A stretch of 63,359 nt of DNA, counting the filler, from Choristocarpus tenellus KU-1152 (Eukaryota > Protista > Phaeophyceae), in the NCBI GenBank assembly GCA_964200185.2. It is 9 parts of 9 records of this genome, joined end to end, with 100 filler letters (N's around TTAATTAATTAA, not from the genome) between each part and the next. Parts side by side here need not be neighbours in the genome. Positions count along the whole stretch, not along the records: positions 9,597 to 31,790 come from CAXNAD020000298.1; 8 more parts are not named here. One strand, given 5' to 3'. The notes beneath the pieces were generated by a model that ran no database searches, was not told the origin of the DNA, and saw only the letters and a list, made by a program, of their open reading frames with translations. This document shows, one piece after another, positions 12,701 to 24,420 of this stretch. Within the stretch, counting starts at the first letter, position 1; every line of letters starts with the position of its first letter. The position numbers and the translations under genes are program-made.

Positions 12701-15090
12701 CCCTGCAGACACAAAGGTCACACTTGGAAGTGTGAACTCCAGAGTACTTAATTAATAAAATTAATATACTCAAGATAATAACAGCAAAAACATATCTGAA
12801 ATAATCACCTTGTCCTTTTTCTTCGGGTTGACATATTTGGACCCCCCGAGCAGCAGGCGGAGGTGCTCAGCACACGTCATCTGCCCTCGGTGTGGGCGAC
12901 AGGCATCAAAGTGGGAGGCATCAAACGGGGCAGTTTCTACTCCAGACGCCTCGCAGGTCATAGCAGAGACTCCTGCATGTGAAAGGTAGAGGGTAGAAAA
13001 ACGCAAAGGGCGTATGGACGGGACAGGGCGTGCGTGAGTGTGGTGGAGTTGGTGTATGAGGGGATGGGAGGTGGAGTGATTTCGCTGCAGCTGCGTAAGG
13101 TTGACTGGTGTTAGCAAGATTGGTGTTAACAAGATTCACAGTGGTGCACTGAGGTGCAAGGAGCGAGGGAATTCGAGGGACCGGTAACATGCTGAGTGAG
13201 CACGCAACCAAAGTTTGTTAAAGGTTGGTCAAAAGCAAAACAGAGGACAACAATGCAACTTGCTTGAAGAAAATCTTCCATTCATTTGCGACCTGTCAAG
13301 GTGTTAAGAACCCTTATACAGTGCAGGTGTTCCCAACCACAGCACACAGCAACCCACACCACCATCACCAAGAGATCGTATTTCTTCTTCCCTTCTATTG
13401 ACCCTTCGATTCTTTGTCGTCATACACACACAGCACTATTGATAGAATATATGTGGTAAATATTATTGCATTCTCTTGAACCTATCTTGTATCTCTCATA
13501 GATATGTTTCGTATTGTCCACCAAAATCCAATGTAACACTGTACACAATGTGCACAGCTAGGAGTGAACTCATCTTTATCAAACCTGTCGAGTGTGTCTG
13601 TGAGCAACACAAAAGTTGCCACAAGAGCCATGCTGACAACACACCCTCCATAGTACTATTGACACAATACACACACACGTCCATGCAGCCACCCTCTCTT
13701 GCACAATTGTTTCCCTTTCCCCAATGCACCCTCAAGTAGAACTGACCATCAGCAATCTCCACAATATTTGCAGCTGCTGCAGCTCCCACTGCAGCTACCC
13801 CTATGGCCACAAAGCTCCCCAGAGACACTGTCCTTGCCTCTGAAGCATATAGCTCAGGAAGTGGTGACAGGCCAACCTCTGCAACTGCCTCCTGCAGAGG
13901 CCTGCCCAATCACAAAAAAAACAGGTATTGCAAGTCAAGATCCATAGGTCGTTGGGAATGGCAATAGCAAGGTGCAGAGGAATTACTTGTGTGGGTATTC
14001 GTTTTGCATTATGAGGAATCCATTCCCTCAGGGCAAGTTGGGGAAGTCGTGGGGGGTCCAGGACTACTCACACATGAAACCAAAAGCAGCAGCTGAATCT
14101 ACCATTGCTCAAACATTCTTGAGATTTTCAGGGTTAAAGGTGAGAGAAGAAGGCAGGACAGATTATGGAAGAATAGGTGCAAAATGATGAGCGCAACTGG
14201 AGATATCTCTCCAATATGAGTGTACGTGCAACGTGTGCTTGTACGGTTCAGAGCAATAAACGAGCAAACCAGAGTTACTATCCTTCCACAATAAATATCC
14301 TCTGGTTGATTTGACTCACCTGGTTTCTCCATGGCGACAGAAGCACAAACCTCCTCCCAACAAGGCCTTCGCCAGAGCGGGACCTTCACCATCATCAGAA
14401 GGCACTAATGGCGTTACCCCGGCATTGAGGAGGTCGGTCAGAAAGGAAGTCACCTCAGAGCGGACGCCCGAGTGTCCGTCCATATAGGCAACAATGCGCG
14501 AGAAGATAGCTGCGCGAGTAGGAACCTCCGGGAGAGCCTTTTCGACCTCAGTTGCTGGAATGCAGCTGTTGGTCGAGGGTGAAATAGTAGTACAGATTAG
14601 AGGGGGGGGTGTACTTGTGCTGAGACAGGGTACATACACAGATTGGCTTGGTAGATATTGTGAATATTGCGGTAAGACAATACTTCGGTCAGTAGTGGCT
14701 ATCTTCAAGTACACTGGTCACGTCTGGTCTGTGGTTGAAGAGAACGGTGAAGAATGAGAGGACAAAAAGGTGCAAATCTAAAAGGGTATGGCGGACAGAC
14801 AGCCGTCCCATGGCAAAATAATCCCGGAAAACTCTAACACGAAGCACATATCTGAAGTTCGAAGGTGCTCAGATTGCAACCTGCTAGCAGTTAGGTGAGT
14901 TGACTTTGTGAGTAGGCAGGGCTGTTGGGTCTTACCTTGCATCGAACAAGGGGTCGCCCTTAGGATGTGCGAGGACGTCCTTGTTAAGCGTGGCAGCATT
15001 CAAATCCACTCGAACACCCTTAGCCGCCACAAGCAGGACATCTTCCAATATGACCTTTCTGGCCCCCACAGTCACCGCAGATGCGGACAT
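9745..15090 (-). CDS. Histidine/phenylalanine ammonia-lyase-fold (Lyase_aromatic-like) domain lacking the MIO motif; probable N-terminal half of a HAL-like::histidyl-tRNA synthetase fusion, 3' end lost at contig break
   Basis: Eight phase-compatible GT-AG exons from ATG 15090: 15090-14936, 14565-14320, 13901-13747, 12972-12809, 12361-12276, 11843-11759, 11092-10805, 10116-9745 (517 codons). HAL-like motifs: VILEDVLLVA, RAAIFSRIVAYMDGHSGVRSEV..LLNAGVTPLVP, FDASHFDACRPHRGQMTCAEHLRLLLGGS, IRTIPQYHGPARE, LVELNS. These are followed by a Lys-rich stretch plus LGVG resembling the linker of plant cytosolic HisRS. The HisRS catalytic domain itself is not in the contig. Confidence 0.8.
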
Positions 15091-18000
15091 GCCTATGGTA
15101 GTATTGTTGTTGAGTGAAGGTCAAATTTCCCTTGTGCCCTTCCCTTCTAACTTATCACGGCTCAAGTGGGGTTCCACCGATACAGTATACTTGTATAAGC
15201 TAGGACGATGTCCTTTGCCCACAGGGAGGGAACAGGAATACCGTCACAGAAGAATCGAAGGGAGGGGATGCCTTGAGATACAATTGAGGTGGTGGAAGAA
15301 GGGTGGAAGGCGGTTATGGGAAAGAACAAACAAGGACCAGACTGGGACCGTGGGTCCGCCCGCTCATTAACCTTTTGAAATTCTTCAAAGTACGAAATAT
15401 CAAGTACTGTCTAGTACAATAAATTTTATTAATATGAATATATTTACAATGTTCTATTTTAGATACGCATTAACATGACCAGTTCAGGGTCATCAGATAC
15501 TTCCAACAAACCATAGTCAAAAGCATCTTTGACAGCCCCATTGACCAGTTGTGTAAGAAAGCATCAGAACCGGTCGAACCAGTCAAAAGACATCTGGACG
15601 GTCTTCAAATTGCCCCTCATTTATCTATACATATCTGTGCGCTCACAAAATTGCACTACTACCAGAAAGCAGACTGGATGTGACCAATCTCTAAAGTGAT
15701 ACTTTCCTACGATAAGAATATGAGAGTAAAGGGTGGTCCACCAGCAGGTTCCTCACGAAGAGGGGGCTCCAATGATCTGTGAACGGTCACAATCCGTCAA
15801 CGACTCACCCCTATCGCTGTGTCCCAGTTTCCCTCACACAACTAACTGGGTCTATACGTGACCTGCCAAACACAACGCTGTTCAAAAGGATGGGTAATGG
15901 TGACGTGATGGTAATTGAATTTCTTATCAAGGGTAGCTTTTGTTTGATCGTTTCACATTCAGCACAACATGGTCCCCTCCATTGGCATTTAAATCCTAAC
16001 AGGGCGAGGACATGCTTGCGACACGGCAATTCCCACAAGTTCCCCGTCAAAAACAAACTACACCATACATTAAAAATTCCTATTTTGTTCCCTCTGGTGG
16101 AACTGAATGGCCTAAAATTCGATTTCTAGATCTCAATTTGGGGTTTCAATGAGTCGCTCTGAATTCAAAAGATTCTGTGTTAGTCGCAGTACGTCAACCA
16201 GGGTCTTCTCACGATATCAAACTCAATAAGATCCACCACCTACTTGTCGTTGCTGCTGCTGGTGGTGCCAACGAACAATGATGAAAGTTGTGAGGTGTTT
16301 TTCGACAGAGTTGTATCAGCCGATGTCCAGAAAATGCAAAGTAAACTTCAAGAAAACCTAATCAAGCGACTAGCCCACCATCTTGAGCACTCCGTGAGTG
16401 CATGTGCTTGAGATGTGCCCCTCTATAGTATGAGGTGGACTGGGTACCCTAGCGTGATGATAACCCGCTGGGCCTTCGAAAACGTCTGCATAGATGGGTT
16501 CTATTTGTCCATATGCATCATACCATCCCCCCATGAATTTTCGAGGGTTCAAACCACATCAATCCAATGATTCTTCCATAGAAATATGATCTGGTTTCGA
16601 TTTTCCAAAGCCCGCGTGGGAAATGCTACAGATTTTATATCTACATGTTCCATCCAATCTGTTGTTTACATAATAGGACACAAAAACACATCAGACCAAG
16701 AACGAGTCGGCAAGGGCTTCGAACCGAAGTAGGGGACCCAGAGGCAGGTCCAGTACAAAATTCGAGGGATACGAGGAGTGACGAGTGGTGGGATGGCTGA
16801 ACTCAGTGTCAAACATTGAGATACCACTGTTTCATCAGGATAGACAGTCGGACGACTCTGTCCCAGTGGACTAGTGGTATTTCGATGTTTGACACCCAAC
16901 ACGCAAGAAGCAAGGTACAAAAGGACACATTACAATTAGTCGTAGTGTAACGATTACTCGCAGTAGATAGTACTTGGAACAGTATGAGAAGTGGTGCAGC
17001 ATGTAGTGCCTCTAATCACTTACACAGATAGTCCCCATACTAAATAGTAATAATAGTAATTATGCTGAAGATCAAAGGAATATGTGAATGATATCTTTGG
17101 GCAAAAGAAAATCAGGGAGAGTACAGATATGGCTCGCCCTCATAACGCCTATACGAAAAACATAAAACGGTTTCCAGAAATATGAGCGAGTTTTAGGACC
17201 TATCTGCGTACTACTAGCTAAAGTCACGGTATTTCAGACTCCTGCCGTCCACAGACCCATATCTATACTCATGACTTTTCACCAACCAGTAGTTACCCCG
17301 ACCGGCTGGACAGGATGGGGTTGTGGCTCAACCCTAGTCCAGTTCTGGTTAAGATCCGAGATGACCCTAGACCAGTCCTGATAAAACATATCAATCTGGA
17401 ACACATATGTCGTACTATATGGTGTTTTACCTGGGTCGACCCACAGCCCAGTCCGGTTGAAGCCTTGGACTGGTTCTGTAGAAACATAATTTTCCAGGGA
17501 TGGCCCGTTGCCAATTCCAGTTCAAATCTTTGATGACCCACTATAAACGGGCATATTAACATGACCAGCCAGGTTAAGGATGGGTTGGGCTGGCCCGGTT
17601 CAAAACATATCATCAGAGCATTTCATCAGTCTGAGCAAAAAGGATAGCCTGGATCCGGACCATGATCGCAAGTCACCTGTTGTTCACCCATATTGACAGA
17701 TTTATTGGCCACGATCCAACCAGCCCTGATAGAATGCATTGGCACGTGGGCAAGTCCATAGACTAGTTATTTTGAAAGATGGACTGATGATGGACTAAAT
17801 CTGTCACAATATGTTGTGACAGAATGGTCGGCAGATCGGTCATGTTGAAATAGGTGATGGCCATAGATTAAAATGTACTTCTAGTTGTACAGAGTAATTG
17901 GATTGTTCCAATCAAGATGGATCGGGTTATCCTGGTCAATATATGTTCCAAATTACCCCAAATACATACAGAAATAAAAACGGTTTTTTATACATACCGT

Positions 18001-18960
18001 AGTACAGTTCCTCTCCTACCTTTTTGGTATTCGTGGTGGACACTGGACTAGGCCTTGTCTATGTTTTAACGTGACTGCACCAATACTTTATGGACCTGGT
18101 CTGGACATGTCAGAAAATATCATAACCAGTCAGACCTGCGGATTGGCTCTTTCGTATTTTCCAGGCAGACCTCGTGAAAAAGCCCGATCTGATTGAAGTC
18201 TCTGACCGTTCCTGGACCAGTCCATTTTGGTACGTATTCCACTAGGGGCATCTGGCCACCTAGTTCGTTTAAGCCTCCCATTAAATCATACTCGACCAAG
18301 TTTGACCCATGACCTGGTCCCATCATAATTTCTCGGTCTGGTGGAATCCCTGCCCCTACTATCTGGAAATGTGTTCTGCATTGGTGTTTACGATAAATTT
18401 GAGTGAGGAAAAAATGACCCTCTCCGAGAGTGTCAAGTGGCAGGTGTTTGCAGAACAGAGAGGCGAGAGACACCACAATTAAGCGTGCGTGGCACGATTG
18501 GTGTAGCCACCACACATCTCATGTCTCACAACTGAATATCAAAACTCTGCTGTACTTTTTCAGCTATCTGTCACTCTCTGTTGTGACTCCCTTCTGCAGC
18601 CGTGGTCACTTTGCCGCTCCGACATCCTGGGTGCACAACTGCCGCTCAAAAAGGCGTACCTATTTTGTTGAACTCAGTACTATACAGTAGAGCAAAGTAG
18701 TTATATACTATTATATTCTTCATGATAACTTCAGAACTATCCCAACCTGCGGTCAGAGAGAGAAGCTTCACACACTACATACACTACTTCTCATAAGTCC
18801 TACTCCATGCATGCACGTAACTGTTGTTGCCCTACAACAGTTGCACTGCCACTGTTCATGCCTTGCTTCTGGTGCATTGGGTATAGCCATCAAACCACAA
18901 GACGCTCCTCCTCCTCAGTCTAGTTGTGAGACACCTGTGCCAATGACATTTTCTAGAAAA

Positions 18961-19207
18961 GAGCGAAAGTATCTTAGAGGGTTCGAGTTTTGCCCTGTTT
19001 GTCCATTTGGGGCTTGGCTTCCCGCTGGGTTTTTATGACAATTTCCTACTCCAAAATGTTTCGGAGTAGGTAAACTGCAACGGTGTGTCCAGAGCAAGGA
19101 TATCGACACTTCCTAACAAACGCAATAGCCAAAATTACATCGAAATCGCAACATTGGATATTGGCCCCCAAATGGACGCGGCTCTACCCATTAAGATTCT
19201 TTGGCTC
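18961..19207. mobile_element. MITE family A
   Basis: Same TIRs and interior; TSD aaa/aaa. Confidence 0.9.
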
Positions 19208-20214
19208 AAACTAATGTATCCCCCCTGAAAAAAGTTAAAGACATCGGACGGAATGGACTGGCTGGAGCTGACTCGACTCTATTGCCATTAGCAACTATTC
19301 TCCATACTGATGAAACATCTGTTGTCGTTATTGCGCATGTACTCACACCACAATGCAGACCCTCCCACGTCATCCATTGGCTCAGTCCAGAGTGACTCTA
19401 ACCCCCTCTTTACTCTGCATGTATACATGCTTGTATTAGGCAGGAACTCACTTTGATCAAATACGTATGTTGCTGTTTCCCATGTGTGCTCTAATATTCC
19501 GCGACTATTGCACAGCTGAGTGGTTAAGCGGCTGGTGTTCCCAGCATTAGTGTCCCAAGCTCAAACCTTGATGCCAGACTCCTTTCAGGAAAATCTGATT
19601 TCGAGGATCCAAAGACCACATAGTAGGTGCTGCGAATTGCGCACCTCCTACGGGAAAATCAAAAGAGGTGGCAAGCGCGGAATGAATGCTGAGGTGGGCT
19701 CAGCACGAGATTTTAGGGGGCATGACAACAAGAGCCAATACTGGTAACATGCTGACAGATAGATGTGTGGACGGATGGACGAATTAGAATCCCTTGATTT
19801 TTCATGGTATGTACGTGAGGGGAGCCTGTGAAGGAAAGAAAAGCCCTGGAGTTATGTACCCAAGGTACATTTTCTAAGAAATAGGCCCCCTCCCTGGGAT
19901 GCCAACCTGCTCAAGGCATGCGTGAATATGACAGAGGGGTGAGGGGCGTGATAATCAAGCGTGTGAGGTGCAATTGGTGTGGCCTGTGTTTGCTGGGCAT
20001 CTTATCACAACTGACCATATTGAGGCCCTATTGCTGCTGCTCTTTCTCAGCTCTGCAATTTTCTGTTGTATTTCCTTGCAACAAGTGACCACTTCACAGC
20101 TTGGATATCCTGGCCATACAAGTGCCCCACAAAGAACCAAGCATAGTTTTAATAACAACGGACAAAACAGTATTGAGTGTCTGCAGTGTTGTAGAACAGT
20201 CAGGGAATATTATT

Positions 20215-20490
20215 GAGTCAAAGTATCCATAAGGGGAGTATGGTAGAAACTCTGGGATCCACATCTGTGGGAGAGGCTTCTTTCGGCATTTTCAATCACT
20301 TGTACTTTCCTCCACTCTCAAACCCATGACGATAACTCTATCCAGAGGGTCTCACCGGCCATAGCCCAAGAACGAAGTAGAACATACATCATGCATTTTC
20401 AGGACAGAGATGGGGGTTCACGCACAAGGTAGAAAAGGCCTTGATGATTCAAATAGGCAAAAGCTTGCCCCCTCTAGGATACTTTGACTT
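20215..20490. mobile_element. MITE family C (same TIR core, different interior); second partial copy at about 57166-57250
   Basis: GAGTCAAAGTATCC ... GGATACTTTGACTT. 57168-57250 resembles the reverse complement of its right end. The TSD is not preserved. Confidence 0.65.
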
Positions 20491-21339
20491 GGTTCTCGTA
20501 AACACACGAGATTATATAGTAGACAAACGTTGAAAAATGAGGCACATCAACCAAGGATGTAGAACTTGTTAGAGCCGTCACAAGACGAAGTTGGCATATA
20601 ATTTTGGAGGCTCACACCATTGGCAAAAACACACGCATGATATCAATGCCCGGAAATTTATGTGGCTCACATAGTGTGAAATAGGAATTGCACTATCAAG
20701 GATGTACATGTTGTACTACGTAAACAAGAATGCAAGTCAGCAGATGGCGTCTGTCTATTCTGGAATATCTACTACTGTGCCATAATAATTGGTACAATAA
20801 AGGTATATACCTACCATCTATATCATCACGGCATGATATCAATCTCCTCCCTTGTCATGGGAGGAGAGCATGTTTATATTTTACAGTGATGTTTGTAGCA
20901 AATACGGTTAATATTATTAGACATCTTTCCAATTAAATTACAAATTCTCCGTATCTAAGATTTACTAATCNNNNNNNNNNCTTTCCTCTATACACATCTT
21001 TTGTGATTCTAAAAATCTTACAGCGTCTAATAATATTTTCGCATTTGGATTGAGGGGGTGAGGTAGAATTTACTGCTAGTAGGTAGAATTCACCACTATT
21101 GTGTCACATACACATAGCAAGAGTTCAAGTGTAGGTCAGATTTCGACGCAACACTTCACTTCAAAATAATAAGCTGCAAGGGGCCACACCACTCACTCCT
21201 CTCCTCCCCTGTTTTCCAGTCACGTTGAGTATAAATTACTATAGCACCGATAAATTACACCGAAAATGAAGGAAGAACGAAACGTACACCCTTGGTACAT
21301 AAACAACGGCTTCCCGTTTACGACAGATAGTGTCTGTCA

Positions 21340-22620
21340 CAACACAAGTGGCTCTATCAAGACGTGTCGCTCATTTTATGCTCGAGACCCCAGGGAGATG
21401 GGTAAGAAGGGGCCTGTCAGATTCTTAGGATGCTTCCCTAGCTCCTCACCACGTGGTGTAGGGCTAAGCTAGGTTGAAGGCGTAGGAGGGGAGTTACAAT
21501 AAAAAAAAAAACATATCGACACTTTATCCCACTCAATTTTGGGTCAAGTCCATCCTCAATGAAAAGCTCCATCCTCAATTTTTGAAATCGGCTGTTAGTG
21601 GTGTAGCATACTTAGTATTAAAATAGAAAATAGATAACACAAAGAAGATATCTTTCACATTTACGACAACTACTGCTACTTTTACAGGGGTTGTTCTGAT
21701 GATATTGAAATGGCTTATCCCTTGACACATCTCCAAAATGTCAAAAAAGTAATATTTATATTTTTGTTATTAGGGGAAAAAACAACGAAAACCATTCACA
21801 TGTCGAAAACCCCCCTAATAAAGTAACAGTTGTCAGAAATGTAGAAGGCATTAGTCTATTTACTATTTTACTATTAGCTATTATATACATCACTTCTTTG
21901 TTGTGTCTCCAATCTAACTCTTATATTATAGAAAATTCTATACGTTGACAAGGATCCTAAGATACAACGGGATTGCTATCAAAATGCTGTAGTCATTTTA
22001 CACTATTTTTTTTCCACACTAATAATAGTAGTCATTGATCTTTGTAATTATAACCTCAAAACCTTCCTGGTAGAAAGTTTTGGCTCGGTAAGCAAACAGA
22101 AAGTTTCCTGGATCAGCTAGATACACACACGGTAGGGGGGAGAGGGACTGGAGGGTACAACAGGTAAGAAGGGCCGGTCAAATCCCGCCTACAACAAATA
22201 GTCTCTATTACAAAGCAAGTGAGCTCATCTAGACGTCTCATGCGTTTTAAGCCGGAGACACTAGGGGGTTTGTTAGATTCTTGGGATGCTTCCCTGGGGT
22301 ATAGGAATAAGCTAGGCGTAGGAGGGGAGTGGCAGATAATAGGTGATAAACAGCCGATTTCAAAAATTGAGGATGGAGCTTTTCATTGAGGATGGGCTTG
22401 ACCCAAAATTGACTGGGATAAAGTGTCGACATGTTTTTTTTATAAAATTCAAATTTTGAAATCGGCTGTTTATAGTAAAATAGTAAAATAGTAAAATAGT
22501 AAATTGATCAATGTTTCACATTGACTATTTTTTGGGGGGATTTTTCTGACATGAATTGTTTTCATTGGTTTCCCACTCAAAGATCTACAAAATGTCAGAA
22601 GGTATAACAATACAAAAAAT
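21340..22620. repeat. Diverged duplicated AT-rich units with internal inverted segments upstream of the ankyrin gene
   Basis: Direct similarity between 21415-21494 and 22272-22331. 21511-21596 is inverted at 22349-22434. A perfect 20-bp inverted repeat lies at 22346-22365/22454-22473. 21760-21875 is inverted relative to 22472-22575. Confidence 0.8.
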
Positions 22621-22741
22621 ACTTTGAATGGATTAAATTGAACTGTGCGTGATTGACAGTTCAATTGTTGACCTTACCGCTGACACTTACAGTAAGCAAG
22701 CACATCGTCGTCTTCTGTTGAATTGAAGGAAACCTACAACG

Positions 22742-23959
22742 ATGCCCCGCAAGAGAGGAAGAGGAACAATGGCCCACAAGAAGAGAGGAAGGGGTAATAA
22801 GTCCGGTACAGTCGAAAAACTGAAACACGCTCGCCACGTTGAGCCGAGGAGTTGCGATGATATGTACGACATCAGGGAAACTGAAGTCGCTCGACAGAGA
22901 GTAGAGGAGGGCGGGAAGGTCCCCGAGACATTAGTCAGGGAGATCATATCGTTTATACCTACCGACGAGTTCCTTTTTGTGGCCGGGGTGTCAAGAACGT
23001 GGAGGGAGATGTGGCTCAGAACTCGACCTCCCAGCACCAGCATTCGAGCCGCAGTTGAGTCCGTCTCCCGACTGACTTTGGCAAAGGCATCTAGATGCCC
23101 CTGGGGTGCGGAAGTTTGCGCTCGCGCCGCGGAAGTAGGAAATATTGACGTATTGAAGTGGGCCAGGCCCGAGGGAAAGACAAAGCATTGCCAGTGGAGC
23201 AAGGCAACCTGCGAGCTTGCAGCGAAGGGAGGGCACTTGAAGGCCTTGAAGTGGGCTAGGGAAAACCGGTGCAGCTGGGACGAGCAGACCTGCGCTCATG
23301 CCGCAGAAGGGGGGCATATAGACTGTTTGGAGTGGGCGAGAAACAACGGGTGCCCCTGGGACGAGCAGACATGTGCAATTGCTTCAGAAAAGGGGCATCT
23401 TGACGTCTTGAAGTGGGCGAGGAGCAACGGGTGCCCCTGGGATGAGAAGACATGTGCAAATGCAGCAGGGAAAGGATATATTGAGGTCTTGAAGTGGGCC
23501 AGGGACAACGGGTGCCCCTGGGATGAGAACACTTGTGCCCAGGCTGCCCTGGGTGGCCATATGGAGTTGTTGGTGTGGACCAAGGATAATGGGTGCCCCT
23601 GGGATCACCGCACCTGTTCTTCCGCTGTCAAGGGTGGGCACATAAACATCTTGCAGTGGGTCAGTCTTAATGGCTGCCCCTGGAATGAAGACACCTGCGC
23701 TTTTGCTGTGGATAAGGGACTACTTGGTGTCTTGAGGTGGGCCCAATCTCAAGGCTGCCCTTGGGATGCTAGAACTTCCACACAATTGGCAAGAGTGGGG
23801 GAACGGGAGACCTTGCAGTGGGCCTTGGCCAATGGCTGTCCATGGCATTCGGAGATCGTGTTTGCTGCCGCAGAAGGGGGAAGCTTGGATGTGTTGACAT
23901 GGATGATCTCACAAGGTTTCCGATTGGACATTTGCATCACTGCTCCTGCTGCATGGTAG
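22742..23959 (+). CDS. Intronless F-box-like + ankyrin-repeat protein (W.R.NGCPWD.TC..AA.GH.L type)
   Basis: 405-aa ORF with a basic NLS-like N-terminus, an F-box-like segment VPETLVREIISFIPTDEFLFVAGVSRTWRE, and about 11 tandem 25-aa repeats. Confidence 0.85.
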   Translation: MPRKRGRGTMAHKKRGRGNKSGTVEKLKHARHVEPRSCDDMYDIRETEVARQRVEEGGKVPETLVREIISFIPTDEFLFVAGVSRTWREMWLRTRPPSTSIRAAVESVSRLTLAKASRCPWGAEVCARAAEVGNIDVLKWARPEGKTKHCQWSKATCELAAKGGHLKALKWARENRCSWDEQTCAHAAEGGHIDCLEWARNNGCPWDEQTCAIASEKGHLDVLKWARSNGCPWDEKTCANAAGKGYIEVLKWARDNGCPWDENTCAQAALGGHMELLVWTKDNGCPWDHRTCSSAVKGGHINILQWVSLNGCPWNEDTCAFAVDKGLLGVLRWAQSQGCPWDARTSTQLARVGERETLQWALANGCPWHSEIVFAAAEGGSLDVLTWMISQGFRLDICITAPAAW

Positions 23960-24420
23960 GGGCAGCTGGAGATGCTGAACTTGTTGAGAGCAAACGGCTG
24001 TCCCTGGAATGAGGGAACCTGCTGCCTTGCTGCATCTACAGGCCAACTGGATGTTCTAATGTGGGCAAATGTCAACGGGTGCCCTTGTACCGAGGAAGCT
24101 GCAAGGTATGCTTTTGAGGAGGCCCACTCGGATCGGATGTCTTGGAGTGGCTCAGAGCTAATGGGCACCATTGGAATCCCGTGCATTAGAGTGTGTTGGG
24201 TACTTTGGAGGTGGTGGGTAGGTCCAACCAACAGTTGCCCTCTGGGTATGCGGTGATTCTTTGTTGCAACACCACACGAGTGCTTGGAGTTCCTGATATG
24301 GACTTGGGGCAAGGATTGGGTGGTCTGCACTTGATGTACTGGGCATGCATGCCAGTGGGTTATATATCTTGGACGTCTTGATATGGTTCAGAGCCAGAAT
24401 AATTGCTGCCTGTGGTACCA
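23960..24420 (+). pseudogene. Decayed continuation of the ankyrin array beyond the TAG stop
   Basis: Repeats continue in frame after TAG (GQLEMLNLLRANGCPWNEGTCCLAASTGQLDVLMWANVNGCPC). A frameshift at a short duplication (tcggatcggat, about 24128-24139) then leads to DVLEWLRANGHHWN and later LDVLIWFRA. Confidence 0.75.
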
